IMG/VR virus record: IMGVR_UViG_3300044267_005815
Coordinates: 1 to 31,256 of that record
Strand: one strand, 5' to 3'
DNA: 31,256 nt
Source of the DNA: a virus
Taxonomy: Duplodnaviria > Caudoviricetes
Shown here: in pieces, positions 1-10,200 of the stretch
How the letters are laid out: each line of letters begins with the position of its first letter
Numbering within the stretch: the stretch's first letter is position 1
The notes under the pieces: model-generated
Seen by the model: only the letters and a program-made list of their open reading frames with translations
The model's database searches: none
What the model was told of the DNA's origin: nothing
Translations under genes and position numbers: made by a program

Positions 1-44
1 GGCTTTACCAATTCCACCGCGAGTCAATCAGCACGGAGGAAACA

Positions 45-440
45 ATGCCGATTGCCCTAGACCCCAGAGCCACATTTGACTATGTGCTCCAAGAAGACCG
101 AGAGCTGCCGGAAGAGCAGCAGACAGTGTTTGAGCTACGCTCCCTGACCGTCAGCGAGGAGGCCCGTGTTGCGGACTCTATGATCGCTTCAGTCCCAGGC
201 CAGGACGAGATGTCCATCAAGTCTGGTAGTTACCAACTGCAGATCCTGCGGTGTGGATTGCGGGGGTGGAGGAACTTCAAAACCACAGCGGGGACGGACG
301 CTCAGTTTGATGTGACTAAGGGAAACCCGCGTCATGTGACTGATGAGTGCCTTGATCGCTTGAGCTCCGCCAACAGAACGGAGCTCACAAACGCCATTAC
401 CGAACACTCATCCGTGTCGGAAGAAGAGGGAAACTCCTGA
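45..440 (+). CDS. Tail assembly chaperone (lambda gpG-like)
   Basis: SD GGAGGA upstream. It lies two ORFs before the tape measure gene and ends in an in-phase slippery heptamer G GGA AAC (428-434). Confidence 0.8.
   Translation: MPIALDPRATFDYVLQEDRELPEEQQTVFELRSLTVSEEARVADSMIASVPGQDEMSIKSGSYQLQILRCGLRGWRNFKTTAGTDAQFDVTKGNPRHVTDECLDRLSSANRTELTNAITEHSSVSEEEGNS
428..434 (+). other. Programmed -1 ribosomal frameshift site GGGAAAC
   Basis: X XXY YYZ heptamer in the correct phase (GAG GGA AAC). The -1 frame GGG AAA CTC CTG AAG GTC GTT GCT GCA ATG is open and continuous with ORF 455-916. Confidence 0.85.
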
Positions 441-454
441 AGGTCGTTGCTGCA

Positions 455-916
455 ATGAGTTGGGGCCGCGAAGCGGACCCCAACAAGCCGATGCCGGATT
501 GCACCCGATGTCGAAAGCCGGGGATGGAAATGACTCGGGAGCGGTGGGGGTGTGATGCCCCTGCCAAATATCCTGTGTTCACCATCTCATGCTCAAAGTG
601 CAGCGGCAATGACCCAAAATGTGAGTGCGGAGGAACGGACAGGGCTCCGGTGTTTCGGTGTCCCACAGCGACTCTCTCGTCTGCTCACCCTGAGGTCATG
701 CTTGGGGTAAAGCAGTTTATGAGGGCGTATGCGTTTTTAGAGTCTCGACAGATCTTGCCAGCGGCTGGAGGTCTTAATGACCAGTCGCTGAGTTTTGTTC
801 AGGCTTGTGAGATCGTGGACGCCGAGAGAGGGTTGTTTGACAAGATTCGTCAAGAAACCGCAGAACGCGAGCGCAAAGTTCGCGAGAAGAAAGCCCAGAT
901 GGGCAGGGGTCGATAG
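455..916 (+). CDS. gpT-like frameshift extension of the tail chaperone, Cys-rich
   Basis: Lies in the -1 frame relative to 45-440, has no clear SD, and directly precedes the tape measure gene. Contains an LPAAGGLNDQ motif typical of such extensions and 9 Cys. Confidence 0.75.
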   Translation: MSWGREADPNKPMPDCTRCRKPGMEMTRERWGCDAPAKYPVFTISCSKCSGNDPKCECGGTDRAPVFRCPTATLSSAHPEVMLGVKQFMRAYAFLESRQILPAAGGLNDQSLSFVQACEIVDAERGLFDKIRQETAERERKVREKKAQMGRGR

Positions 917-919
917 AGA

Positions 920-3697
920 ATGGCTGGAGCATCCACTCACGCACTAAAGATCGTCTTGCGAATGCAAGCGATGATGGATGGTCCGGCCAAAAAAGCCGCG
1001 GCAGCACTTCGGAACATTGGAACCGTTGGGGCGGCGGCGTTTAAGAAAGCTGGAGCTGCTGCAAAGCGTCTAGCTAAGTCGGTCGGCAGCACTCTTTTGG
1101 GTGCTGTAAAACGAGTCGCTGGTTCTTTTCTGACTTTGGCCGCGGGGGTAGCCGCTCTCACTCGAGGGACCGCTGACGCAATCAAGTTCTCAAAGGCGAT
1201 GTCTGAGGTCGGAACGATCTCAGGCCAAGTCCGCGCGGACATGGAGGGCTTTACTGATCAGATTTTAGATATGTCGACTGCTTTCGGCCTCGCAGAGGTC
1301 GACACGGCAAAGGCTCTCTATCAGACGATCTCGTCAGGCATCTTGGACGCGAACGATGCTGTCGAGGTCTTGGATGGAGCAGTCCGACTTTCCGTAGGGG
1401 GTCTCGCAGAGCTCTCAGAGACGGTTGATGTCCTGACCTCGATCATCAACGCATACGGGATGAGCTCCAGAGATGTCACTGAGATCAACGACATCCTGTT
1501 CACCACGGTGCGTCGAGGCAAAACGACCATCCCGCTGCTGGCGAACTCGCTCGGAAACATCATTCCGATCGCCGCTCAGACGGGTGTGAGTCTACAAGAA
1601 GTCTCGGCATCGGTCGGCGCCTTGACCCTCGCTGGTATCGATACTCGGACAGCGGGTATCTATGTCAGGCAGATGCTGAACTCGATGATCAAGCCTTCTC
1701 AGGCCGCGAATGATCTGGTGAAGCAACTCAACATTGGTCTTGAGGATCAAAAGTTTGCCTTCAACGCAGTTGCGCTTGAGCAGAGGGGCTTCCGCGGGAT
1801 GCTTGAGGATGTGATGAAGGCTACAGAGGGCAATGTCACCCAACTCGGTGTCCTGTTCGACAATGTTCGAGCCCTGACAGGTGCTACTGCTCTGACCGGA
1901 GCTCAGTTCAAAGACTTCATTTCTATCTTAGATGACTTTGAGAACTCTTCTGGAGCTGCTCAGGAAGCCTTTGAGGTGATGATGCTCGATCCTGGGCGCA
2001 AGATGGAGACGATTTTGAACGCTCTCCGTCAGGGGTTCATGGGGCTCGGTCAGGCGATGTTGACTGGTATCACTGGGCCGATCAAGTCGTTTGAGGATTT
2101 GGAGAACGCTGCCAAGGGCATTCGAGATGGCATCTCTCAGATGGGGCCGGTGATGGTCAGTATGTTTGGGCAACTGATCACCGTTATGAGTCTAGTTGGT
2201 CGAGGAGTAGCAGAATTCAGCGAGTTGATGGCAGCATTGCCCGGTGTGACCGACAACGCGGCAGCAAGGATGAAGTTGTCTGCTGAAAAAACGCGCAACT
2301 TTTCGAGAGTGATGGAAGAGGTCGGGATGTCAATGGCTACAGGAGGCAAAGACTTCAGTGACGCTTTTGACGCTATTAACAGCAGCATCTTGAACAACCG
2401 GCGAGAGCTCCATAACAGTACGATTGAAAACCTTAATGACCTAGATGATCTCCGCGAGAGAGCGGCACTTGTTGAGCAGCAGTTAATGTGGGCTCCTCCG
2501 ACAAAACTTACTGCGGAAGACACTAGCAGTTACGACATTAACCGTATTGTGGCTGGATCTCGGGAAGCCCTTGCGAAGGAATTGCTTGAGATTCAGGGGC
2601 AGATCGATACTGCTAGGATCAATATCGAGCAGTCAAGGATCCTTTATGGCAGAGAGATCGGGACTGCCTTTGAGGAGCAGGTGCGGTTTGCATTTGTTGA
2701 CAGCGACTTGACGGAGATGCTTGACATCCTGTGGAAAACTCCGCAGGAGTTAAAATTAAGATTGGGCCTAGATGTCAATGAAGGGGGTCTGGATGACTTC
2801 TTTGCAAACCTTAGAGAGCGGTTTTTAGCGGGTGTCCCCAAGGAAGAGTTGAGCGTCATTGCCAGCGAGCAAATCGGTGCTTTTGTAGATAGCTTGAATG
2901 AAGCCCTTGCAGCAAGACCAGATTTGGCTCCTGAACTCCGAGAGGCAATGCAAGAAAGGATTAACGAGGTGTTTGCTTTTCTTGGAGGGGAAGCTGCCGC
3001 GGTCTTTGCTCAGTCCTTCGGTGAGTCCGATGACATCGTGAAGCCGGACAACGCAATGCAGAAGCTCTATGATCAGATACTAGACACTGATACTGCAATG
3101 GCAAATGCTGCTGCGACCAGCGTCACAAGCTTCGCCTCCGGCATGGCGAATGCCTTCGTCGCGGTTATGGATGGCTCCAAGTCCGCTAAGGAAGCCTTTG
3201 CAGATTTCGGCAGATCCTTCTTAGCGCAGATCGCTCAGATGATCATTCAGGCTTACATCCTGCAGGGCCTCGTCAGGATGATCCCCGGACTCGGCAAGTT
3301 CTTAGGGGTGTCCGTAGTCGGACAGGCCGATGGGGGCGTAAACGAAGGTGGTTTAGGTCAGCTCTACCCGTTGGCTACGGGGGGAGTAGTTCAGGGAGGC
3401 TTAACTCGCGTCCACCCTTACGCGAATGGCGGCCCGATCGTCAAAGGCCCTCATGTTGCTCTCATCGGAGAGGGCAAGATGAACGAGGCAGTCGTTCCCC
3501 TGCCAGACGGCAAGTCAATTCCCGTGCAGATGCAGGGGGGGCAGTCCGCGAATGTCAGCGTAAACATTCAGGCTGTTGACGCCGCTGGCGTCGAAGAGCT
3601 CCTCTTTAGGAGGCGAGACACCCTGAAGGACATCATCGCAGAAGCCATGATGTCTGATAGAGGCTTCAGAGGGACTATGGGGGGCGCGACAGGATGA
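920..3697 (+). CDS. Tape measure protein (TP901-type core)
   Basis: 925 aa, Ala/Gly-rich and helical. Core motif TAKALYQTISSG...DILFTTVRRGKTTIPLLANSLG. C-terminal ANGG...IGEGKMNEAVVPLPDG motif. Confidence 0.95.
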   Translation: MAGASTHALKIVLRMQAMMDGPAKKAAAALRNIGTVGAAAFKKAGAAAKRLAKSVGSTLLGAVKRVAGSFLTLAAGVAALTRGTADAIKFSKAMSEVGTISGQVRADMEGFTDQILDMSTAFGLAEVDTAKALYQTISSGILDANDAVEVLDGAVRLSVGGLAELSETVDVLTSIINAYGMSSRDVTEINDILFTTVRRGKTTIPLLANSLGNIIPIAAQTGVSLQEVSASVGALTLAGIDTRTAGIYVRQMLNSMIKPSQAANDLVKQLNIGLEDQKFAFNAVALEQRGFRGMLEDVMKATEGNVTQLGVLFDNVRALTGATALTGAQFKDFISILDDFENSSGAAQEAFEVMMLDPGRKMETILNALRQGFMGLGQAMLTGITGPIKSFEDLENAAKGIRDGISQMGPVMVSMFGQLITVMSLVGRGVAEFSELMAALPGVTDNAAARMKLSAEKTRNFSRVMEEVGMSMATGGKDFSDAFDAINSSILNNRRELHNSTIENLNDLDDLRERAALVEQQLMWAPPTKLTAEDTSSYDINRIVAGSREALAKELLEIQGQIDTARINIEQSRILYGREIGTAFEEQVRFAFVDSDLTEMLDILWKTPQELKLRLGLDVNEGGLDDFFANLRERFLAGVPKEELSVIASEQIGAFVDSLNEALAARPDLAPELREAMQERINEVFAFLGGEAAAVFAQSFGESDDIVKPDNAMQKLYDQILDTDTAMANAAATSVTSFASGMANAFVAVMDGSKSAKEAFADFGRSFLAQIAQMIIQAYILQGLVRMIPGLGKFLGVSVVGQADGGVNEGGLGQLYPLATGGVVQGGLTRVHPYANGGPIVKGPHVALIGEGKMNEAVVPLPDGKSIPVQMQGGQSANVSVNIQAVDAAGVEELLFRRRDTLKDIIAEAMMSDRGFRGTMGGATG

Positions 3698-6111
3698 CCG
3701 AGCAGATCCTAGTCGCCTCGCCGCAGATAGCGTCCACCCAGTGGTGTGCGTCCGCGGATGCGCCTAGCTTGGAGATGGCTTATCTGCCTCTCAACTCGCT
3801 CGCGGTCACCAGCGTGGATTACACAAACACGCACACATTCATCACCGCGGCCACTCTTCACTCAGGATACATGGCGACTCGAGGAGTCGCTGCAGTGACC
3901 GGAGCCAACACCAGCAACGATGTTGTCGACGGCACTGAGGCTCCGGGTCTTCGATCAATCGTCGCAGAGAATGATCTTGCCGCGAATACAACCAACACAG
4001 AGGTGAGAGCTGGATTCTCAATCTTTGCCGTTGAGGGCACAGCGACTTCTGCTGCCAAGACTACGACCAAGTATGCCACAGGCTCTCAGGACGCCCTGAG
4101 AACCCCTGAGACGGCAGATGGCGTCTGGAATGGCTCTGGGCTCATTGCGAGGCTCGGTGGAGGCTCGACGGCAATCAGTGCGTCTGACCAGGCAGAGAAC
4201 GCCTCCTACTATCACGCGATCCTCTATCGGGGCGACCAAACGGTGACGGACGATGAGTCGACAACGGTGCCGGCCCTGATTGCTGATGTGTGGAGATGCA
4301 CCGGGGCCTCCCCCAACCCCGTGCTCGTTGCCCGTCACCACCTGTCTGAGGCTCACAAGCACTTGCGCCTCTCGAACTTTCACCTGTCGCTGAAGACCCG
4401 CAATAACGCATCAGGTCATGTTGAGCTTACTTTCAAGGCTGGACCCTTCTTCTTGAACGGAGAATGGCAGAGCGAGGTCACCTTCTTTGACACCTCCACT
4501 TTAGGGGGTCGCACCACAGCGGGTACGGATGCCGCGATCAGTTCAGGCGTGATTACAGACTCGGCGTCAGCAAAGCTCGCCACTGCCGGTGGATATGGCT
4601 TTACGCTGGGCCGCGACCGTATTGCCAAGTTTACAGATGACACAACTGGGCGAGTCGGAGCTGCTCATGTCTGTGACGGGATCAGCTTCCTTGAGGTGAT
4701 CCAGCATACAGATGCAGTAGATGATAGTTCTGCATCAACACCTTCGTCGCCTGGTGGGGGTGAAGGGGTCGCCTCCAGCGAGGTCAAGTTCAGGGACGAA
4801 TTCAAACGGGTCGCGTCTGATGGCGGGATCAAGTCGGTCTCGGATGGGTTTGGCACTTCGGGCGTGAGCCTCATGTCTATGTGGATTCGAGGTAAGGAGT
4901 CCATCTCAACCGGGACCGGCGTCTCTACCGGGATTGATGACCACATCACAAATCATGTCAGCGGTGTTCAGGAGTACGCCGCATTCGATGTGAACATGAA
5001 TACTGAGCACAGGGACTTCGTGTACCTGAGGCCCACAGATTCTCAAACGACTCACAACCGAAAAGTTGAGCTCAACCTCGGAAGCGCACCCAGCTTCACA
5101 AACTCAACATCTATTCAGTACGGTGTGATGGTACGGGGATCTGTGGGCAAGTACGGGCAGATGCTCAAGAGCGCAGCAGCGTGGGTCCGAATCAACATCG
5201 ATGGCAGCGGCACAAAGACCGAGTTCATCGAGGCGGGATGGGTCTACCACAACAGCGCGACCGGGGCCGCGACCTTCTCTAAGAGGGCATCAAAAGATGT
5301 GACCTCCACCTTTGACCCGTGGGATGGATGGCAAGCCCTGCAGGTTGAGGTGTACTTAAATCCGACTTCCCCTAAAGAGGAAGGCCCAGCTCTTTTCAAG
5401 GTCAAGCTCGATGGCTCTGGGGTTACCGGATGGACGCTCTCTAATGGTGCTTACATCCACACCGCGGATGCTGCGGGAGATGTGTTTGCAGACCACAACC
5501 CCGGCATCCCCGGCAAGGCTCAGGTGTTCCGAGGTCAGGCCGAAGGTGTTTTTGTCGCTCAGACAGGCACAGGTGACTTCTTCGCCAGCGACAAACTCCT
5601 TGTACGGAAATTCGACAGAGACACTCTTACAACAGGTTACGACCTGCAACTCGGAGCTGGCGACCAAGCAAGCGTAGAGATCCAGACAACCCAGGATGGA
5701 GTCCTAAAGCTGGATGACTACGCATCAGCGATCGAGTCCCTCCCCTACAGGGTGGAATTTGATCAAACGACATTGACGCACAGGTTTGAGTCGGGACATT
5801 CCTACTCTGCGCCGATGACATCTAAGGCGAGGCGCCGCTGGGTTTTTTCTGGTGTGCCTGTAGATTCGTCTACGAAAGACGCCTTGGTGGATCTTTGGGA
5901 AGCAACTCGCGGCCCAATGTTTCCGTTCAACTTCACGCCGAAGGAGTTCGGCTCAGACTGGAATTACACCGCGACCGACCCCGGCATGACCAGCGCGCTC
6001 ACACTAGGACAGACCTCTGCAAAGGCTAGATTCAAGGCAGACTCATTCAATGTGTCTCAAGTCGGTGCGGGGACATACTTTGTAGACTTCGCTCTTGAGG
6101 AGGTGTTCTAG
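3694..6111 (+). CDS. Minor tail protein with C-terminal distal-tail (gpM/DUF2460-like) domain and large N-terminal extension
   Basis: Follows the tape measure gene with an ATGA overlap. The C-terminal ~130 aa (HRFESGH...RRRW...LVDLWEATRGPMFPFNFTP...ARF..D...LEEVF) resembles Dit/gpM proteins. Confidence 0.7.
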   Translation: MTEQILVASPQIASTQWCASADAPSLEMAYLPLNSLAVTSVDYTNTHTFITAATLHSGYMATRGVAAVTGANTSNDVVDGTEAPGLRSIVAENDLAANTTNTEVRAGFSIFAVEGTATSAAKTTTKYATGSQDALRTPETADGVWNGSGLIARLGGGSTAISASDQAENASYYHAILYRGDQTVTDDESTTVPALIADVWRCTGASPNPVLVARHHLSEAHKHLRLSNFHLSLKTRNNASGHVELTFKAGPFFLNGEWQSEVTFFDTSTLGGRTTAGTDAAISSGVITDSASAKLATAGGYGFTLGRDRIAKFTDDTTGRVGAAHVCDGISFLEVIQHTDAVDDSSASTPSSPGGGEGVASSEVKFRDEFKRVASDGGIKSVSDGFGTSGVSLMSMWIRGKESISTGTGVSTGIDDHITNHVSGVQEYAAFDVNMNTEHRDFVYLRPTDSQTTHNRKVELNLGSAPSFTNSTSIQYGVMVRGSVGKYGQMLKSAAAWVRINIDGSGTKTEFIEAGWVYHNSATGAATFSKRASKDVTSTFDPWDGWQALQVEVYLNPTSPKEEGPALFKVKLDGSGVTGWTLSNGAYIHTADAAGDVFADHNPGIPGKAQVFRGQAEGVFVAQTGTGDFFASDKLLVRKFDRDTLTTGYDLQLGAGDQASVEIQTTQDGVLKLDDYASAIESLPYRVEFDQTTLTHRFESGHSYSAPMTSKARRRWVFSGVPVDSSTKDALVDLWEATRGPMFPFNFTPKEFGSDWNYTATDPGMTSALTLGQTSAKARFKADSFNVSQVGAGTYFVDFALEEVF

Positions 6112-6819
6112 ATGGCTCGTCCTCTGAGCTCCGCAGCGCGATCACACAAGGATAGCCTTGCGTCTGCATCCCCTTGGGTCTGGCTGTACGAGATCGAAGT
6201 TCCGACATCGACGCCCACTCGGTATCGCTTGGCAAGGCACAACCAGGCGATCACATTCAACGGCAACGAATATGTTCCGTTTCCTGTCGCTCACGCCTCG
6301 ACCACTGAGAACACAAAGGGCGACTTGCCCACTGTGACGATGACCATCTCGAACATTGGCCGAGAGGTGACTTCAAACCTAGAAAGCTATAACGGTCTGA
6401 TTGGTCAACCCGTCAGGATCATGCTGGTCTCGCTTGAGGATTTGGATAGCTCATCTCCTGTGATGCAGGAGGAGTACGAGATCCTCTCAGTATCAGCTCG
6501 CGACGATCATGTATCCGCGTCTCTCGGAACTTACAACGCTTTGAGGGCGACCTTCCCCGCTCAAAGAGCGATCAGAGACCACTGCCGTCATGTCTATCGA
6601 TCTGCAGAGTGTGGCTACAGCGTGTCATCAGGTGACGCGCAGTATCTGAGCTCCTGCGATAAGTCATTTGACGGAGTCAACGGATGCGTAGCTCACGGTA
6701 CGAGCGAGAAGAACTCCGCAGAAGCCGGTGGAGCTGCTGGTACTGATCCCGGCTTACATCCGCAGAGGTTCGGTGGATATCCGGGTATCCCGCGGCCTGG
6801 GGCGACTGGAGGAATCTGA
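6112..6819 (+). CDS. Tail tip/hub protein (lambda gpL / BR0599-like)
   Basis: Four-Cys pattern CRHVYRSAECGY...CDKSFDGVNGC and C-terminal RFGGYPGIP. Position between Dit and NlpC/P60. Confidence 0.85.
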   Translation: MARPLSSAARSHKDSLASASPWVWLYEIEVPTSTPTRYRLARHNQAITFNGNEYVPFPVAHASTTENTKGDLPTVTMTISNIGREVTSNLESYNGLIGQPVRIMLVSLEDLDSSSPVMQEEYEILSVSARDDHVSASLGTYNALRATFPAQRAIRDHCRHVYRSAECGYSVSSGDAQYLSSCDKSFDGVNGCVAHGTSEKNSAEAGGAAGTDPGLHPQRFGGYPGIPRPGATGGI

Positions 6820-7232
6820 TGGTGTACTACTCAGACCTAATCGGCAGACCGTGGAAGTTGCACGGCAAAGACGAGGCCGGCATTGACTGCGCTGGTGTGT
6901 GTGAACTGATACTGGTGCGCTTAGGTCAGAATCCCCCTCGCATTGTAGATCTGCGTGAGGGAGATGCCTTTAGGCGCATTGTCGACTACTTCGACAAGTT
7001 CTCAGAGCACTTCAGCCTTCTGGGCCGCAACCATACATCAGCAGTTCAGGAAGGCGACTTGATCGTGTCTGACCCGGACGGTCAAGGAGTCAGCGCGCAT
7101 ATCTCTGTGCTCGTAGATTTGTCAACGAAACGCTGCGTGACATCGACCTTTGAGCATGGCGTGTTGGCTGTTCCCGCTCGAGCGATCAAGAATGTGATTG
7201 GCGTGTACCGATTGAAGGAGGACAGCGAGTGA
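6819..7232 (+). CDS. NlpC/P60-family tail assembly protein (gpK-like)
   Basis: DLIGRPWKLHGKDEAGIDCAG catalytic Cys motif, GDLI and a downstream His (AHISV). Confidence 0.85.
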   Translation: MVYYSDLIGRPWKLHGKDEAGIDCAGVCELILVRLGQNPPRIVDLREGDAFRRIVDYFDKFSEHFSLLGRNHTSAVQEGDLIVSDPDGQGVSAHISVLVDLSTKRCVTSTFEHGVLAVPARAIKNVIGVYRLKEDSE

Positions 7233-10200
7233 TTACTGTCCACAAGGTGCGCTCTCTATACGAGGGCCGCAAGTCGACCCAGAGCTCAATACAGTGGGCT
7301 CCGGGGGTTTGCCCTAGGTCTTGCGCGCCAGAGGGCATTGAGCTTGACTCTGCCGTTATTTGGCGAAATGGCGACCGGCTCAATCCTGAGCAGTACGACG
7401 ATCAACTGAACAACGGGGATCACCTCCACTACACAACGATTCCGAAGGGGCTCGCTGCTCTGCTATTCGGAGCACAGGGGTGGACGGCATTCTTTATTGA
7501 TCTTGCGATCATGGCAGTGACTTCATGGGTAATGAAGGAACTGATGCTTGATCAGATGAAGCAGGAGGCTGATCCTTCTGGTTCTTCGACATACGGATTC
7601 GCTGGAGTTCGCAACCCAAGGAGCAGCGGCGAGGCCCTGCCAGTGGTCTACGGCGAGCACATGGTCGCCGGCCTGGTCATCAACACTTCCGTAGAGATGG
7701 CATTAGGCAGCTTTGATGAGCAGCAATTAACCACTCTCTACGCGATGTCTGAAGGCCCCATCGAAGGGTACGGAGAGATCACCGGACCTTACTCGACCGA
7801 CTTGGAGTTCAGGGATGCAGCGGTCGCGGCTCTGGGGAGCGCGATACCGATCGTCTTCGGATCAAATCTCTACAGGAATCCTGTACTTGACTCCGCGGGG
7901 GTTCAAATCAATGGGCAAAACGCATCCAACTTTTCTCTTGTTGGAATGCAAGGAAGAACGGGTGAGCTCAATCAGGAGTACATCCTAGGATTTGGGGACG
8001 CAAGGCAGTCAGCTCAACTTGACTCAAGAGTCCAGGCGGTTACTGGGATCACCGAGACTGACTCAGGGTATGCCGCTGGCACTTATTCGTCTAAGCCTGA
8101 TCTTTCGCCGGCAGGTACAGACCCCGATCCGGTCACGCACGAAACGACGATCAAAGCTGACAGGGCGATTATCAGGGTCAACTTCCCGCGTGGGCTGTAC
8201 AAGAACACAAACGGTGACATGGAGGGGTCGACCGCAAAGTTCAGAATCTTGTTTTATCAAACAGACGGTTCAGGGACAGCGACTTCTAAGTTTGCACTTT
8301 TGCCCGAGTACGAGATCTCTTCCTCTAGGGCAGGTCAGCTTTCCGCTGACATAGGAGTCGACCTAGTTGACCCAGACACCTATGAGTTCAGCTCTGGAAA
8401 CGCCGACTACATGATTGGTGGAACAGGTGCTGCAGGTAGAAATTCAGACGAGCACACTGCCCTGACTCCGTGTCACCTGATGCTTCAAGTGGGCAAGTCG
8501 AGCTCTACATGGGCCGCGGTGTCTGCCAACAGCGGGACTGCAAACGACCTAACCAGCAACTTTACGATGTACTACGATGTCCCTGCGGATGTAGTACCGA
8601 ATCAAAGCAGGTATGACCAGAACTGGACATTTAGCACATGGGCCAAGCCTCGTTTCAACCGTACAGACACCTACAGTACGACCAACTTTATCGGGGGTGA
8701 TTTTGCTCACATCTTCTTTAACGGGCAGAACGGAACGACCACTACGACCGCGGATATATACCCGCTAAAGCACAACGAACCGTCTACCTCGTCTGATACA
8801 GCAAACATTGGATGGGAAAACGCACAGGCACAAGATGGAGCTCTTGCGTTTTCGTTCTGGTGCGCGAGCAACAACGATGTGCGGTTGGTGTTTACCCATG
8901 TCGCTGGTCGATCAGACGAAGTATCAGGGGGCACAGAATACGATAGATACTATGTATCGGATGTGATTGGTACTAAGGCCGAGATGGAGGGCAAGTGGTC
9001 TCATGTGGCAATCCAGATAAGAAACTATGACCTAGCAGGTGTCGGTAACCTTGCGGTCATCATGTATGCGGACGGGGAGAAGGTTCACGAACAGACTTAT
9101 GACTGCGAGACAGGAGATAACACAAGGCGTCTAGTCAACTTTTACCACGATGGCAACAACGCGGTAAACTACGCCAACTTCCTGCGCTTTGGTCATTGCC
9201 ATATGCCTTTCGGGTACGGGTCTTCTGGGTCAACCTCTGGCATGACCAATGACAACCAACACGCTGCTGTCCGAAGTTACTGCAAGCTTTACAACATAGC
9301 CTTTTTCGAGCACCAGATCTCTGATGGCTATGGGTTCGGCCTCAACAATGTCGGGATACTAGACCTTGCGGCATCTGACGGACTGGGCAAGGCGACCTAT
9401 GAGTTTACAGGGAATGAGAACTACCTGATCTCTCACTGGAAGGGCACGGTGTCTTCGGGGGCGTTTAAGGAGACCAAGAACGACACGGCAGATCGCAGGA
9501 TTAAGTATCACCAGTCAGCTTCGGTCGCTGCTAACCCAACGGATCCTCCCGCGAATCCAGTGGTAACAGCCGGCGAGGCCGCGCGTACTTACTACAAGTT
9601 TGAGATCGCAAGATCGAACCCTGAGCTCGACGATTCTCAGGAAGAGGTCAACTACATGGAGATCTCTGAAATCGTCGAGATCCAAGATGAAGAGCTCGAG
9701 TATCCGCACACCGCGACGATGGCTCTTCTTGTGGGCGCAGACGAGCAGATCAACAACTCAGCTCCAAAGATTACAGCGACCGTCAAGGGGCGAACGGTGG
9801 TTCGTTGGACAGACAACGGAGGCGAGTTCGTTGCGGAAGAGCCAGCGTTCACATCAAATCCCGCGTGGATTGCCTTGGATGCTTTGACTAACGAGCGTTA
9901 CGGAGTCGGCGCCGTCTTCGGCAGCACGATTGATGACATACCTGACAGGTTTGAGCTCGATCAATTCATAGCCTGGGCCGCGTACTGCGACGATGGTGTC
10001 GCAGACGGGTTCGGAAGCGTGACAGGTACATTTACCTCGTACAGTTCGTCGACTCTGGTCTTTCAGGTCGGTCTGATCAACTCATCTGACGGGTCCAGAA
10101 CCGCGAACATTATCCCCCAGTCGTGGATCATTGGTCACACTCTGACGGTCACTGCTGCTACGGACGCCAACAACATCAGTTCCGGCCTTGGCGCGGATGC

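Noticed and set aside
340-380. Second hammerhead core CTGATGAG on the plus strand
   Set aside because: It lies inside a CDS, with no stem II followed by GAAA and no stems I/III.
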